Assembly: GCA_965279035.1 (NCBI GenBank)
Contig: OZ257142.1
Location: 2,080,001-2,144,000, forward strand
Direction of reading: 5' to 3'
DNA from: Bacteroidia bacterium
Lineage (GTDB): Bacteria > Bacteroidota > Bacteroidia > M30B66
DNA: 64,000 nt
Both the position numbers and the translations under genes were made by a program. Positions 1-10,390 of the stretch are shown in pieces; positions within the stretch are counted from its first letter, which is position 1, and the number at the start of each line of letters is the position of its first letter. The notes beneath the pieces are model-generated. The model searched no databases, was not told where the DNA came from, and worked only from the letters and a program-made list of their open reading frames with translations.

Positions 1-1137
1 GCTGTTGCTCTTGGTTTTGGTGGTGATATCACTGTTCGCATGAGCGGTAAAATTGCCAATGGTCTTGGAACCGATTTTAAAGTGTTCGAAACAACATTTA
101 ATCCCGATGCAGGAAATTGCAGTCGTTACCCTGAACGTATTCAGGCTTATGCATCACAAGATAATTGCCATTGGGTATATTTAGGTGATGGTTGCCAAGA
201 TGCAGAATTTGACCTTGGGGAATTAAATTGGGCAGAGTACATCCGTTTGGTTGATATTAGTCCGATTGATGCAGCATATAACAATCAAGTGGCCGATGGT
301 TATGATGTAGATGGTATTGAGTGTTTACATGGATATACCGATTCTCCAATTGTTCAAGATCTTGGAGCTGATTATGCAACTCAATTAGTTAGCGCAAATC
401 AGTTGTTACGTAAAAATGGAACCGCTGTGACATTAGCTCGTTCGGATGCTTCTAAAGCTCTTGGAGCCCCTCAATACACAAATTCAATAAATTTCTTCTC
501 TCTTGGTTTTGGAGGAAGCATTACATTGAAATTGGGTTATGCTGTTTTTAACAAAGACGGGAATGATCTAAAAGTTGTAGAAACATCATTTGGCAATCCA
601 GTATGTGATAATTATCCTGAAAAAGCCAATGTGGAAGTTTCTCTCAATGGCTCCGATTGGTTCGATTTAGGTCAAATTTGTTTAGATGGTGGAGTTGATT
701 TCTTAACGCAAGGTGTTAATGTAGCTCAATATGTTCGCATTACCGATCATTCAGCTTCTTCTAATTTTAATGCTGCTGCTGATGGTTATGATGTAGATGG
801 TATAGTAGTTCTTCAACCAGGTTGCAGTAATACCAATACTTCTGCTCGTATAACTGATGATATTTGGACAAAAGATGAAACTGCAATGATTTCTGTAAAT
901 CAATCTTTTACAAAAGATTTTGCAACTCTTCAGATTCAAACTAGTGATGTTGCAGAAAAAATGACGATAGAACTTATCTCTATAACTGGACAAAAAATAA
1001 ACACAATCCAGTTGTCTTTAGATGCGAATTCAACATCACAACAATCAATTGATCTTAGCTCTTTGTCTAGTGGTATTTACATGGTATCTGTTAAAAGTTC
1101 TACTGGAATTGAAACATTTAAGTTGATAAAACAATAA
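1..1137 (+). CDS. Secreted repeat protein with T9SS type A C-terminal sorting domain (5' partial)
   Basis: Frame is open from base 1 (AVALGFGGDITV...). Repeated module with LGFGG, NG/GxDxKVxET and ADGYDVDGI motifs. C-terminus DLSSLSSGIYMVSVKS...FKLIKQ is typical of a T9SS CTD. Confidence 0.8.
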   Translation, partial: AVALGFGGDITVRMSGKIANGLGTDFKVFETTFNPDAGNCSRYPERIQAYASQDNCHWVYLGDGCQDAEFDLGELNWAEYIRLVDISPIDAAYNNQVADGYDVDGIECLHGYTDSPIVQDLGADYATQLVSANQLLRKNGTAVTLARSDASKALGAPQYTNSINFFSLGFGGSITLKLGYAVFNKDGNDLKVVETSFGNPVCDNYPEKANVEVSLNGSDWFDLGQICLDGGVDFLTQGVNVAQYVRITDHSASSNFNAAADGYDVDGIVVLQPGCSNTNTSARITDDIWTKDETAMISVNQSFTKDFATLQIQTSDVAEKMTIELISITGQKINTIQLSLDANSTSQQSIDLSSLSSGIYMVSVKSSTGIETFKLIKQ

Positions 1138-1155
1138 TTCAAACAACAGAAATTG

Positions 1156-1188
1156 AAAAGCCGCTTTCCAAAAGAGAGCGGCTTTTTT
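1156..1188. terminator. Bidirectional intrinsic terminator
   Basis: AAAAGCCGCTTTC-caaaa-GAGAGCGGCTTTTTT between convergent genes. Confidence 0.85.
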
Positions 1189-1191
1189 AAT

Positions 1192-2511
1192 TTATTTCAA
1201 TATTAACTTATCGAATAAATTGACCATTTTCCCAGTAAGCGTCTTCCTTGAAAATCTTTCATCAGCATGAATTGTTTGAATTTCATTACGCATTTCAAAC
1301 ATCGATTTTAACCCAGCATACATGGCTTCCGTTTTTCCAAAGCCAATAATTCGATGAATTGGATTTGCAGCTAAAACTTCAGCTGCTTGTCCATCTTCAG
1401 GTCCAATCATCAATATTGGTTTTTGTGCGGCTAAGTATTCAAACAATTTACCAGTCAACGTTGCTTTGGGAGAAAAGAATCCATTTTCTTCTGCACCATA
1501 ATTATTGATCGATAGAAGCAATACCGATGCACTTTTTTGTTCTGCAATAATTTCGGCATGAGGCATATAATCAACCCATTCGGTACATTCGTCTAAGCCA
1601 TTTAATTCGATACTTTTTCTGACCGAAATATCGTTTTTACCTATCAGTCGAATGCGACAGGCCGATTTAAATTCAGGTAGCTCTTTTCGAAGTTTTGCAA
1701 TGCTTTCCCATAATTCAGGATGATTACGTCGATCATTCAAACTACCCGTATGAACAATACTAAAAAATTGATCTTTTCGAAGAAGATTATCAGGTATTTC
1801 AAAATCATCCGGATCATAACCATTGGTGATCACATCAACTGGTCGATTGGTTTTACTACGAAACTCTTCTGCCATTAATTCACTTACAACAACTATCTGA
1901 TCGGCGCTTTGAAGCACTTTCCCTTCTAATCGAATATTCTTGTTTTTTGCCCAAGTACTCATCGACAAATCTCCTGCAAAATCAATATTCACCCAAGGAT
2001 CCCGAAAATCAGCCAGCCAAGGAATTCCTGTCTTTTTTTTCAGCCCTAAACCTATTAGATGCATGCTATGTGGAGGTCCTGTAGAAACAATCAAGTCAAC
2101 CTGATTCTCCTTAAGCCACTGATTTAAATAATTAATCGAAGGACGAATCCAAAAACGACGTGCATCGGGTATAAAAACATTTCCTCGAAGCCAAATAGAA
2201 AGCCGATGTCCTAAACTTTTCTTTCCGTTTTCTTGTAAAAATCCTGAAACAACTCGTTGATCTTTTTTCTGTCCAATCACCTTTTTATAAAGCTGATAAG
2301 GCTCCCAAATGGGTTGTTTTAAAATGGTAATTCCTTCTGGTATATCTTTAAAAAAAGATTCATCCAATACAGGATATTCACCATTTAAGGCTGTATATAC
2401 AATGGGTTCCCAACCGAATTCTCGCAAATATTTAACGAACTTAAGCCAACGCTGAACACCTGCTCCTCCTGATGGCGGCCAATAATAAGTGAGAATCAAG
2501 ACTTTTTTCAC
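1192..2511 (-). CDS. Glycosyltransferase family 4 (GT-B)
   Basis: N-terminal KKVLILTYYWPPSGGAGVQRWLKF, DFRDPW motif, C-terminal GKLFEYLA. Confidence 0.85.
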   Translation of the reverse strand: MKKVLILTYYWPPSGGAGVQRWLKFVKYLREFGWEPIVYTALNGEYPVLDESFFKDIPEGITILKQPIWEPYQLYKKVIGQKKDQRVVSGFLQENGKKSLGHRLSIWLRGNVFIPDARRFWIRPSINYLNQWLKENQVDLIVSTGPPHSMHLIGLGLKKKTGIPWLADFRDPWVNIDFAGDLSMSTWAKNKNIRLEGKVLQSADQIVVVSELMAEEFRSKTNRPVDVITNGYDPDDFEIPDNLLRKDQFFSIVHTGSLNDRRNHPELWESIAKLRKELPEFKSACRIRLIGKNDISVRKSIELNGLDECTEWVDYMPHAEIIAEQKSASVLLLSINNYGAEENGFFSPKATLTGKLFEYLAAQKPILMIGPEDGQAAEVLAANPIHRIIGFGKTEAMYAGLKSMFEMRNEIQTIHADERFSRKTLTGKMVNLFDKLILK

Positions 2512-2590
2512 AAATGCAAATATGCAGTTTGCATGGGAGATGACAAGCTAAACCAATGGTAAAAATGACTCTTCAATTGGTTTTATAATT

Positions 2591-2790
2591 GAAAACCTTG
2601 ACACATCCGACTGTTTTCGGGTTGCAATTAAACAGCAATTATTTTTCGACCATTTGCCGACTAATCCAACTATTGATTTGCTTTTCTCTTTCAAAGCAAC
2701 AAATTAGTTAGTATATAACTCAATAAACTGGATATTCAAATCACCAACATCCCATATAATTAGTAATACACTTATGAATTTTATCTTGGA
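2591..2790 (-). pseudogene. Decayed GIY-YIG nuclease C-terminal half plus tRNA-mimic remnant (second copy of the 5201-5538 unit)
   Basis: Minus-strand translation across a stop and a frameshift gives DLNIQFIELYTN*FVALK/EKQINSWISRQMVEK, matching [37 protein letters not shown] 2591-2641 aligns with 5251-5303. The boundary at 2790 is approximate. Confidence 0.7.
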
Positions 2791-2926
2791 TATTATAGAT
2801 TCGCATACACACAAAGTTCAAACTTGATTAAAGAAATGCATTCGATTAGATGAATAAAACTAAGGATACGAATTCCTCAAAATCCCGAAATACAAGGCTT
2901 AGCTGGCGTATATTATTAGTAGTCGT

Positions 2927-3216
2927 TTAATTGAAATCTATTTTACCTTCTTTGCCCATAAAATTAATTTGAATGTGATCAGATACTGTAATCTGTTGAT
3001 AGGATATTTTATTAGTTTCAAATCGAATGCTTTTTATCGAATATTTTGAACCATGCTTAAAAGGCTCAAAACTAAGTTTAAATCCTTCGGATGAAGAAAA
3101 TGTTCTATTTCCCAATTTAGTAAAACCACATTTTAATAGTAGTTTACTATAATAATCGAATTCAATTTCATTTGTATAAAAAACAATTTCCGTAAATCTT
3201 TTTAGATATTTATTTT
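2927..3216 (-). pseudogene. C-terminal fragment of an IS-interrupted secreted protein (DUF5829-like)
   Basis: Removing the IS and one TSD copy joins this in frame to 4601-5180 (...DEKRENKYLKRFTEIVF...). Confidence 0.8.
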
Positions 3217-4600
3217 CACTAGTGTCCGATAAAAACTCAATATGAGAATTTTTCACTATGAAAGTGTTGATTATACTGGAATGATTTCTCTGTTTTAAAA
3301 AGTAAGCCCCCCTTTTCATGATGTATTAAATTTCAATTGAAGTTGAGTGTCAACTTCTTTTAGCCAGTCTTTTTCTGGGTTCTCAAGGAATTTAATTAGG
3401 TGAATATAATTGAACAGATGCAATCTACAGAAGCTTGCAAGGTTTGAGAATGCCCATTTACGCTTGAGTTTTCTGTGAATAACGCTTAAGAGTAAATTAA
3501 CTATTAAAGTGCACCAGATTTGGATTTTAATAGCATTCTCATTGTCTCCTAGAAAATATTTTAATGGGAAGTTTTGTTTTAATTGTTTGAATAACAACTC
3601 GATTTGCCATCGTTTTTTATAAATCAATGCAATGTGTCCAGCATTCATTCCGAACAGATTCGTTAAAAACTCAAAACAGCGTTTATTTTCGTCATCCCAA
3701 TAAGCTATACGCCTTAATTCTGTTGTTTTTAAATACTTTCCATTTTCCTTTACATCAACACGAATGATTTCATCTTTTAGAACTCCATTATCAATATAAG
3801 GTGGGATTTCATTTTCAGAAACAGATTCATAAACTGCGTTCGATTTTAAACGGGTTACAAAGAACCTCTCATTTTTGGTGAATTCATCGAAGACCTTGTA
3901 ATCATTATATCCTTTATCAAAAACTGCGATTCGCCCTTTTTCTAATTTAAAGTATTTCAGAAACTGACGATCGTTTGTTGTTGCTGCTGAGAACCAAACC
4001 AATTTAGGTACTCTTTCTTGAAGACTAATTTGTGTATGAACCTTAATGCCGCCCTTTCTTTTTCCATTGGCAGGTTCTCTTCCTACACAACTCAATATAT
4101 CCTTAAAAAGACCAATGGTGGTTGAATCAAATATATCCAATAACCTTTCCCAGCTGTAATTATATCGGCTGTCCGAGATAAATGGTCCAAACCATAATAG
4201 ATATCCTGAAATACCAAATGGCTCCTTCGCTGGTTTGCATCACCTAAAGTGCTTTTATATGGAATATGCTTAAGTTGAAAATGATTGGTTTTGCCCTTTA
4301 ATCCGAGCATTGAACCTGCGACTTCGCGCAAAGAAGTGCAATTAGCAAATGTTGAGAAGAGCATACTTATCAGATGATCAGAAGTATCAAACTTCTTCAC
4401 GTAATGATCTGACATATGCTTTTTAACAACTGAAGTGATAATTCTAATATCTATTAAAGAAATCAGCTGTCCGAAAACCGACTGTCCAAAAAAGTAGTTA
4501 CTTTTATTCATGTAATTTATGTTCGCAAAACCAAATTACAACAAAGCGGGACAACCTAATTGGAAGTCCCGCTTTCAAAATGTTTTATCGGACACTAGTG
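3217..4600 (-). mobile_element. IS4-family insertion sequence, 1384 bp
   Basis: Perfect 18-bp terminal inverted repeats CACTAGTGTCCGATAAAA (3217-3234, 4583-4600). 9-bp target duplication ATTTATTTT (3208-3216, 4601-4609). Internal DDE transposase. Confidence 0.95.
3316..4511 (-). pseudogene. IS4-family transposase (DUF4372 + DDE_Tnp_1), frameshifted
   Basis: N-terminal part 4092-4511 (GQSVFGQL...KSTLGDAN.RR). C-terminal part 3316-4140 (DSTTI, FDKGY, YKKRWQIELLFKQLKQ). Frame changes near 4185-4190, where GPFISDSRY continues in the second frame. Confidence 0.9.
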
Positions 4601-5180
4601 ATTTATTTTCTCTTTTCTCATCATGTTGTTTTAAGTATTGTATTCGACTGACAGAATCCCCTATTGTTTTCAACTGGTTAAATGAAAAATAATCCTTCTC
4701 ATATTCCATAATCCAAAATCCAATATTGGATTTTGAAAAGAATATAGAATCATTAATATACAATGCCTTAAACCATGGTATCAATGTATCAGATACTTTT
4801 CTGTCTTTTATTTCTATTTTAGTTATGTAATCTTCAGTAAATTTTTTTTGTAGAATTAATAAATCTCCGATATGATCAGCACTCAAAGCTATAGCACTAC
4901 TTCCTGTTTTATGTTCTGAAGCTGAGGGGGCAAAGATTTCTAAATAATTAATATCTCCAAATATATATGCTCCTATCCATGACATATAACTTGTAGTAGA
5001 TTTTTTAGTAAAGAAACCAGAAAACTCATTTTTAATAAATTCTGAGTTTATCAGTGCTGAATAGTCAGCTGAATCCAATACTAAAAAGCAATGATTGAAT
5101 TGCATCTTTGGAGTTTGACCGAAACAAACTGCAGTTTTTAATAAAATAGTTAAGAGTATTATTTTTTTCATCAAAGTCAT
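4601..5180 (-). pseudogene. N-terminal fragment of an IS-interrupted secreted protein (DUF5829-like, VOC-like fold)
   Basis: Signal peptide MKKIILLTILLKTAVCFGQ; NHCFLVLDS...WIGAYIFGDINYLEIF. The ORF's last residues (SLVSDKTF) are read from the IS end. Confidence 0.7.
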
Positions 5181-5200
5181 CTAAGGCCTAAAATACCTAA

Positions 5201-5538
<338 letters not shown>

Positions 5539-5560
5539 ATTGTATTTAAATATATCAAAT

Positions 5561-5590
5561 AAAAAAAGCCCCACGAGTGTGAGGCTTTTT
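5561..5590 (-). terminator. tRNA-Val intrinsic terminator
   Basis: Minus strand AAAAAGCCTCAC-actc-GTGGGGCTTTTTTT. Confidence 0.85.
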
Positions 5591-5592
5591 AG

Positions 5593-5667
5593 TGGGAGCT
5601 ACTGGGTTCGAACCAGTGACCCTCTGCTTGTAAGGCAGATGCTCTGAACCAGCTGAGCTAAGCTCCC
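5593..5667 (-). tRNA. tRNA-Val(TAC)
   Basis: GGGAGCTTAGCTCAGCTGGTTCAGAGCATCTGCCTTACAAGCAGAGGGTCACTGGTTCGAACCCAGTAGCTCCCA folds as a cloverleaf with anticodon TAC. Confidence 0.97.
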
Positions 5668-5692
5668 TTGATGTTTCTAGTGAAACGGGCTG

Positions 5693-5723
5693 CAAATATA
5701 CCTGCTTAACGATTACATGCAAA
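5693..5723 (-). promoter_or_regulatory. Bacteroidota housekeeping promoter for tRNA-Val
   Basis: Minus strand TTTG-N19-TATATTTG matches the -33/-7 consensus. Confidence 0.8.
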
Positions 5724-5740
5724 TTTATTTTGCAGAATTT

Positions 5741-7033
5741 TTAAATTATTTCAGCAACCACAAACGTACTACCCCCAATTATTATCATATCTCCTTGTTT
5801 TGCAGCTCGTTTTGCTGCATTCAATGCACTACGAACACTCGAATATTTTTTTCCAACTAAACCAATTTCTCCTGCTTTACTCGCTAAAATATCGGTTTCT
5901 AATGCTCTTGGAAGCTTGGCTCGACAGAAATAATACCTAGCATCGGTCGGTAATAACTTTAAAATGGTAGAAACATCTTTATCTCCAACCATTCCCAAAA
6001 CCCAATGCAGCTTACTAAATTTTGAATAGTTTATTTGGTTAAGAATTTCTTTTATTCCAGCTTCATTATGTCCCGTATCAGCTACAATCAAAGGATTTTG
6101 TTGGAGAATATCCCATCTTCCTCGAAGTCCAGTATTTTCCTTTGTGTTTTCAATTCCAGCTAATACTGCTTCATCTTTTAGTTTCCAACCAATCTTTCTA
6201 AGTTGTGAAACAGATGCTAAAATGCCTTGGATATTTTTCACTTGATACAATCCTGGTAAGGCGCTTTTTAGTTTGATGTTCCGATTCTCCCATTGAACTT
6301 TTAACTCTAAAAGCATTCTTCCCTTTTTTTCAAGGAAATCCTTGCTAATAACATGCACTTCATCCTCTGCAAAAACAATTTCTGCCTGTTCGTTTTTTGC
6401 CTTTTGAAGAAATACGTCTCTCGATTCCTGTTGTCGCTCACTTATTACAACGACCGTTTGGGGTTTGATAATTCCAGCTTTCTCAGCAGCAATTTTTTCC
6501 AATGTATCTCCCAATAAATCCATGTGATCGAAGCTGATATTGGTTATCAAACTTAAATCTGGACGAATTACATTGGTCGAATCTAATCTTCCTCCTAAAC
6601 CTGTTTCTATAATAGCAATATCCACCTTTTTCTCTGCAAAATACTGAAAGGCGAGTGCAACATTCATTTCGAAAAATGATGGCTTGATTTCCTCAAACAA
6701 TGCCCGATTATTTTCAACAAATCGAATAACTCGAGCTTTTGAAATGGGCTTTCCATCAATGCGAATTCGTTCTCTAAAATCTTTTAAATGGGGAGAAGTA
6801 AATAATCCTGTTTTATAACCAGCTTCTTGAAAAATGGAAGCCAGCATATGCGAAGAAGAACCTTTCCCATTGGTTCCAGCAATATGCACCGATTTAAACG
6901 ACAGATGCGGATTACCTAGCGCTTCACATAAATGGGTAATGTTATCTAAATTCGCTTTATATGCTGCTTTACCAACACGAGTAAAAGCAGGCAGTTGGCT
7001 GAATAAATATTCCAGCGTTTGCCTGTACGTCAT
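5741..7033 (-). CDS. folC: Folylpolyglutamate synthase/dihydrofolate synthase
   Basis: HIAGTNGKGS, FTSPHL, ETGLGGRLDSTN, DTGHN motifs. Confidence 0.95.
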   Translation of the reverse strand: MTYRQTLEYLFSQLPAFTRVGKAAYKANLDNITHLCEALGNPHLSFKSVHIAGTNGKGSSSHMLASIFQEAGYKTGLFTSPHLKDFRERIRIDGKPISKARVIRFVENNRALFEEIKPSFFEMNVALAFQYFAEKKVDIAIIETGLGGRLDSTNVIRPDLSLITNISFDHMDLLGDTLEKIAAEKAGIIKPQTVVVISERQQESRDVFLQKAKNEQAEIVFAEDEVHVISKDFLEKKGRMLLELKVQWENRNIKLKSALPGLYQVKNIQGILASVSQLRKIGWKLKDEAVLAGIENTKENTGLRGRWDILQQNPLIVADTGHNEAGIKEILNQINYSKFSKLHWVLGMVGDKDVSTILKLLPTDARYYFCRAKLPRALETDILASKAGEIGLVGKKYSSVRSALNAAKRAAKQGDMIIIGGSTFVVAEII

Positions 7034-7891
7034 TTAATTTCGAATAAACAAATAGCTAATCGTTCCAACTTGCAATTCGGCTGCATCGGGATTTGAATTG
7101 AATCTAGCTCGTTTTGCAGCAGCTTCAGCTTCGCGAAATAATGACGCATCTTGAACAGTTGTACCGCGGGCTCCCGCTTTTGCTTTAACGACTTTCCCTG
7201 TTTTATCCACACTTATTTCTACCACTACTTTCCCCGATTTTGGAGAATTATACGCTGGTTTAGGCAGTGATGAAGGTGTTCTATTATCTAAACTATACGA
7301 TATTCCACCTCCAGTTCCAGGACCTTTACCTGGGCCTTTACCGGGACCTTCTCCTTCTCCCTCACCATCTCCTTTTCCATTGCCCCCCTTACCTGTATAG
7401 GCATGTGCATAAGGATCTCCATTTTCTTTCCCTTGATTCCCTTCTTTCCCCGTATTTCCTTCGCTACCGCCAGTTTTTGATTTTCCGGGATATAATGCTC
7501 TACGTTCTACAACAGGTTCAACTGTTTTAGTAATGACAGGTCCATCCGTTTTACGTTTTAATTCAACGTATTCCTTTTTGGGTTTCACTTTTACCTTTTC
7601 AATATCAGGAACATAATTCTCATCATCATCCGATTGTAAAATGTTCGCCTGATTTGCTGCTGTTGGTTGTGGAGATCCTGCTGATGATAATTGATCTGGA
7701 TTAGTCATTCCCATTCCATCTTCCGAATTCCCGAAATTCAATTCAACACCCAATCCACCACCGCCATCTTCGGGGAAGGGTGGGAGTGGAGTGATAATTT
7801 TATACAGGATAAATAGCAACAGTAAAATCGCATGAAACGCAATCGTGATGGCTGTTGCGTAATATTTATCGGATTTCTGACTTAGTTCCAT
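7034..7891 (-). CDS. tonB: Energy transducer TonB
   Basis: N-terminal TM with conserved His, Pro/Lys- and Gly-rich linker, C-terminal GKVVVEISVDKTGKV; lies next to exbD/exbB. Confidence 0.85.
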   Translation of the reverse strand: MELSQKSDKYYATAITIAFHAILLLLFILYKIITPLPPFPEDGGGGLGVELNFGNSEDGMGMTNPDQLSSAGSPQPTAANQANILQSDDDENYVPDIEKVKVKPKKEYVELKRKTDGPVITKTVEPVVERRALYPGKSKTGGSEGNTGKEGNQGKENGDPYAHAYTGKGGNGKGDGEGEGEGPGKGPGKGPGTGGGISYSLDNRTPSSLPKPAYNSPKSGKVVVEISVDKTGKVVKAKAGARGTTVQDASLFREAEAAAKRARFNSNPDAAELQVGTISYLFIRN

Positions 7892-7893
7892 AA

Positions 7894-8298
7894 CTATCCG
7901 TTTGGTGCCTTTGTAGCAAGAATCATCTTGATCTTTAGGCGGTTTCCTATTTCTAGAACATCAACCAATTGCTGGATGCTAAGTGATTTATCCAAACTCA
8001 ATACAATGGTTGGTTCACTAATTCCTTCTACGGCTAATTTCATAGCAGGTTCTAATTCCTCAAACGCTACATCCTTACCTTGTAGTACATAACGTTGTTC
8101 TGCAGATATTTCAAGTTTGATTACTTTCTTCGTTACCTGCTGCGCATTTTTCGAACTAGGCAATGTCAATTTTACCACACTCGGACTCACCATCGTAGAT
8201 ACGATAAGAAAGAATAACATCAAAAAGAACATGATGTCGTTCATAGAATGCGTGCTTATTTCAGCATGCGGACGTATTCGGGATCCTCGAAGATTCAT
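7894..8298 (-). CDS. exbD: Biopolymer transporter ExbD
   Basis: SMNDIMFFLMLFFLIVST TM with conserved Asp. Confidence 0.9.
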   Translation of the reverse strand: MNLRGSRIRPHAEISTHSMNDIMFFLMLFFLIVSTMVSPSVVKLTLPSSKNAQQVTKKVIKLEISAEQRYVLQGKDVAFEELEPAMKLAVEGISEPTIVLSLDKSLSIQQLVDVLEIGNRLKIKMILATKAPNG

Positions 8299-9008
8299 TA
8301 TCGGGTTGGTTCGTGCAACATATCAATAAAATCAAGCGAAGTGCTTTCCATCCGTTTGGCAATGCGATCAACTGTAAAGTTGAGATAATGATAGAGGACA
8401 AACGATAAAATACCGACAATTAATCCAGCAGCAGAAGTCACCATTTTCTCGTACAAACCACCTGAAATCAAACCAATACTGATATTATCAGCAAGTGAAA
8501 TGTTATAGAAAATCTTAATAACTCCGAGGATTGTTCCAACAAATCCAAACATGGGAGCAATACCAGCAATAATGGATAGAATACCGATATTTTTTTCGAT
8601 GCGACTTAATTCCTTTTTACCAACGCCTTCCATCGATTTTTCAATTTCATCAACGGTAAGTCCTATACGTGAAATACCTTTTTCAAGCATGCGAGCATCA
8701 GGAGTATTATTGCTTTTACAAAGTACTATCGCACCTTGAATATTTCCTTGATGAATCTGATCTCTCACATTATTCAATAGATTATCAGGATTTTGAGCTG
8801 CTCTGCGAAGAACAAAAAAGCGTTCAAAGAAAATAAATATGGTTATGAGAGAGAGCAAACCAATTGGAATCATTAGCCAGCCGCCTTTTTGAACCATATC
8901 AAATAGACTCAATGTATCTGTTTTTTGTGCTGTTTCGGCAGCCGCTGATGCAAGGGGAGCAGCTAGTGAATCACCACCAACTACTGTCTGCAGGAATATT
9001 CCCATCAT
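8298..9008 (-). CDS. exbB: MotA/TolQ/ExbB proton channel protein
   Basis: IAPMFGFVGTILGVI and MVTSAAGLIVGI helices. Start moved to MMGIF at 9008. Confidence 0.9.
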   Translation of the reverse strand: MMGIFLQTVVGGDSLAAPLASAAAETAQKTDTLSLFDMVQKGGWLMIPIGLLSLITIFIFFERFFVLRRAAQNPDNLLNNVRDQIHQGNIQGAIVLCKSNNTPDARMLEKGISRIGLTVDEIEKSMEGVGKKELSRIEKNIGILSIIAGIAPMFGFVGTILGVIKIFYNISLADNISIGLISGGLYEKMVTSAAGLIVGILSFVLYHYLNFTVDRIAKRMESTSLDFIDMLHEPTR

Positions 9009-9072
9009 AGAATTGAAATGATTTAATAGGTAAACGCAACTATTCTTAGAAGCGTATTCAAAGAACGCCAAT

Positions 9073-9100
9073 AAAAAAACGGCCTTTGCGGAGCCGTTTT
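9073..9100 (-). terminator. Probable intrinsic terminator after the dehydrogenase gene
   Basis: AAAAAAACGGC-ctttgcgga-GCCGTTTT hairpin. Confidence 0.6.
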
Positions 9101-9163
9101 CTGCGTTTTGAACGCCTTTATTAACAAGGTATCGGAGTTCTTGCTATTTATTCAATGTCAATT

Positions 9164-10390
9164 TTAGATCAATTGTTGAAGTGCAATTCGATAAGCTTCT
9201 CTTGAAAAATGGATACGATTTGGGCAATGTGGTGCCACTTTCTCCATGGCTTTGCGAATGATTTCTGAAGCATCTTCAAAAATTGCAGCATCACTTATTT
9301 CAGCATTATTATTCATCAAATAGGCGAAAACACGTGCCATTCCACAGTTTGAAATAAAATCGGGCACAACGGCAATCTGTTCATCAGCATATTCCATCGT
9401 TGGTCCGAAAAATATTTCAGGATCAGCAAAAGGAACATTGGCACCACTTGCAATCACTTCCATTCCGGCTGCTTTCATTCTTACAACTTGCTCGCGACTA
9501 ACTAATCGGGAGGCAGCTGCTGGAATAAATACTTCTGCATTCAAATCCCAGATTCGTGCATTAACTTCTTCAAATGAGAGGATATTTGAATTTTGAAGTG
9601 TATTTCCTTTTTTCTCTTCAAATAATCGTGTAATTTCTTCAAATGAAAATCCTTCTTGATTTATCAATCCTCCTGATCGATCAATAATGCCCACAATCAT
9701 TGCATCATTCTTTGATAAATAATAAGCTGCAGCGGAAGCAACGTTACCCCATCCTTGAATTATAACTCGCTTTCCTTTCAAGCTGTCATTATATATGTTG
9801 TAAAAATGACGCACAGATTCAGAAACTCCAAAACCCGTTATCATATCAGCTACAACTAATTTCAACTTCGGATCAGGCGTGTAATTTAAATTTTCTAATA
9901 CTTTAGAAACTCCTGAACGTAATTGTCCAACGCGGCGAATTTTTTCACCTTCAGTTCCACCAAAATGGCCATTCACAACGCCTTCTTGTGGATGCCACAA
10001 TCCATATTTTTCGGTTATAGGAATTACTTCATGGATTTCATCAATGTTCAAATCTCCTCCAGTGCCATAATAATTTTTCAACAAGGGCATCACAGCTTTA
10101 TACCATCGTTCGAGGACTTCTTTTTTACGAGAATCTGACGGATCGAAGTTAATTCCCGACTTCGCACCACCGATTGCAGGACCGGAAACGGTGAATTTTA
10201 TCTCCATTGTTTTAGCCAAAGACTCAACTTCTCGTCTATCTAACCCTTTTCTCATTCGAGTTCCACCACCAGCAGCATTTCCCCTTAATGAATTAATTAC
10301 TATCCATCCTTCTGCCTCTGTTTCAGTGTCTTTCCATTCAAAAACTATTTGTGGTCGGCGTTCTTCGTATTGTCTAAGTAGGTCTTTCAT
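9164..10390 (-). CDS. Glu/Leu/Phe/Val amino acid dehydrogenase
   Basis: GGGTRM, GGAKSGI, QGWGNVA (NAD binding), GANVP, VPDFISNCG. Confidence 0.9.
   Translation of the reverse strand: MKDLLRQYEERRPQIVFEWKDTETEAEGWIVINSLRGNAAGGGTRMRKGLDRREVESLAKTMEIKFTVSGPAIGGAKSGINFDPSDSRKKEVLERWYKAVMPLLKNYYGTGGDLNIDEIHEVIPITEKYGLWHPQEGVVNGHFGGTEGEKIRRVGQLRSGVSKVLENLNYTPDPKLKLVVADMITGFGVSESVRHFYNIYNDSLKGKRVIIQGWGNVASAAAYYLSKNDAMIVGIIDRSGGLINQEGFSFEEITRLFEEKKGNTLQNSNILSFEEVNARIWDLNAEVFIPAAASRLVSREQVVRMKAAGMEVIASGANVPFADPEIFFGPTMEYADEQIAVVPDFISNCGMARVFAYLMNNNAEISDAAIFEDASEIIRKAMEKVAPHCPNRIHFSREAYRIALQQLI

Noticed and set aside
2860-2926. Possible attC-like cassette site after the DUF5829-like gene
   Set aside because: No convincing RYYYAAC/GTTRRRY pair or long inverted repeat, and no integron integrase in the window.
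7305-7395. GPGK/GEGE repeats in tonB as a novel repeat locus
   Set aside because: This is a Gly-rich linker commonly seen in Bacteroidota TonB proteins.
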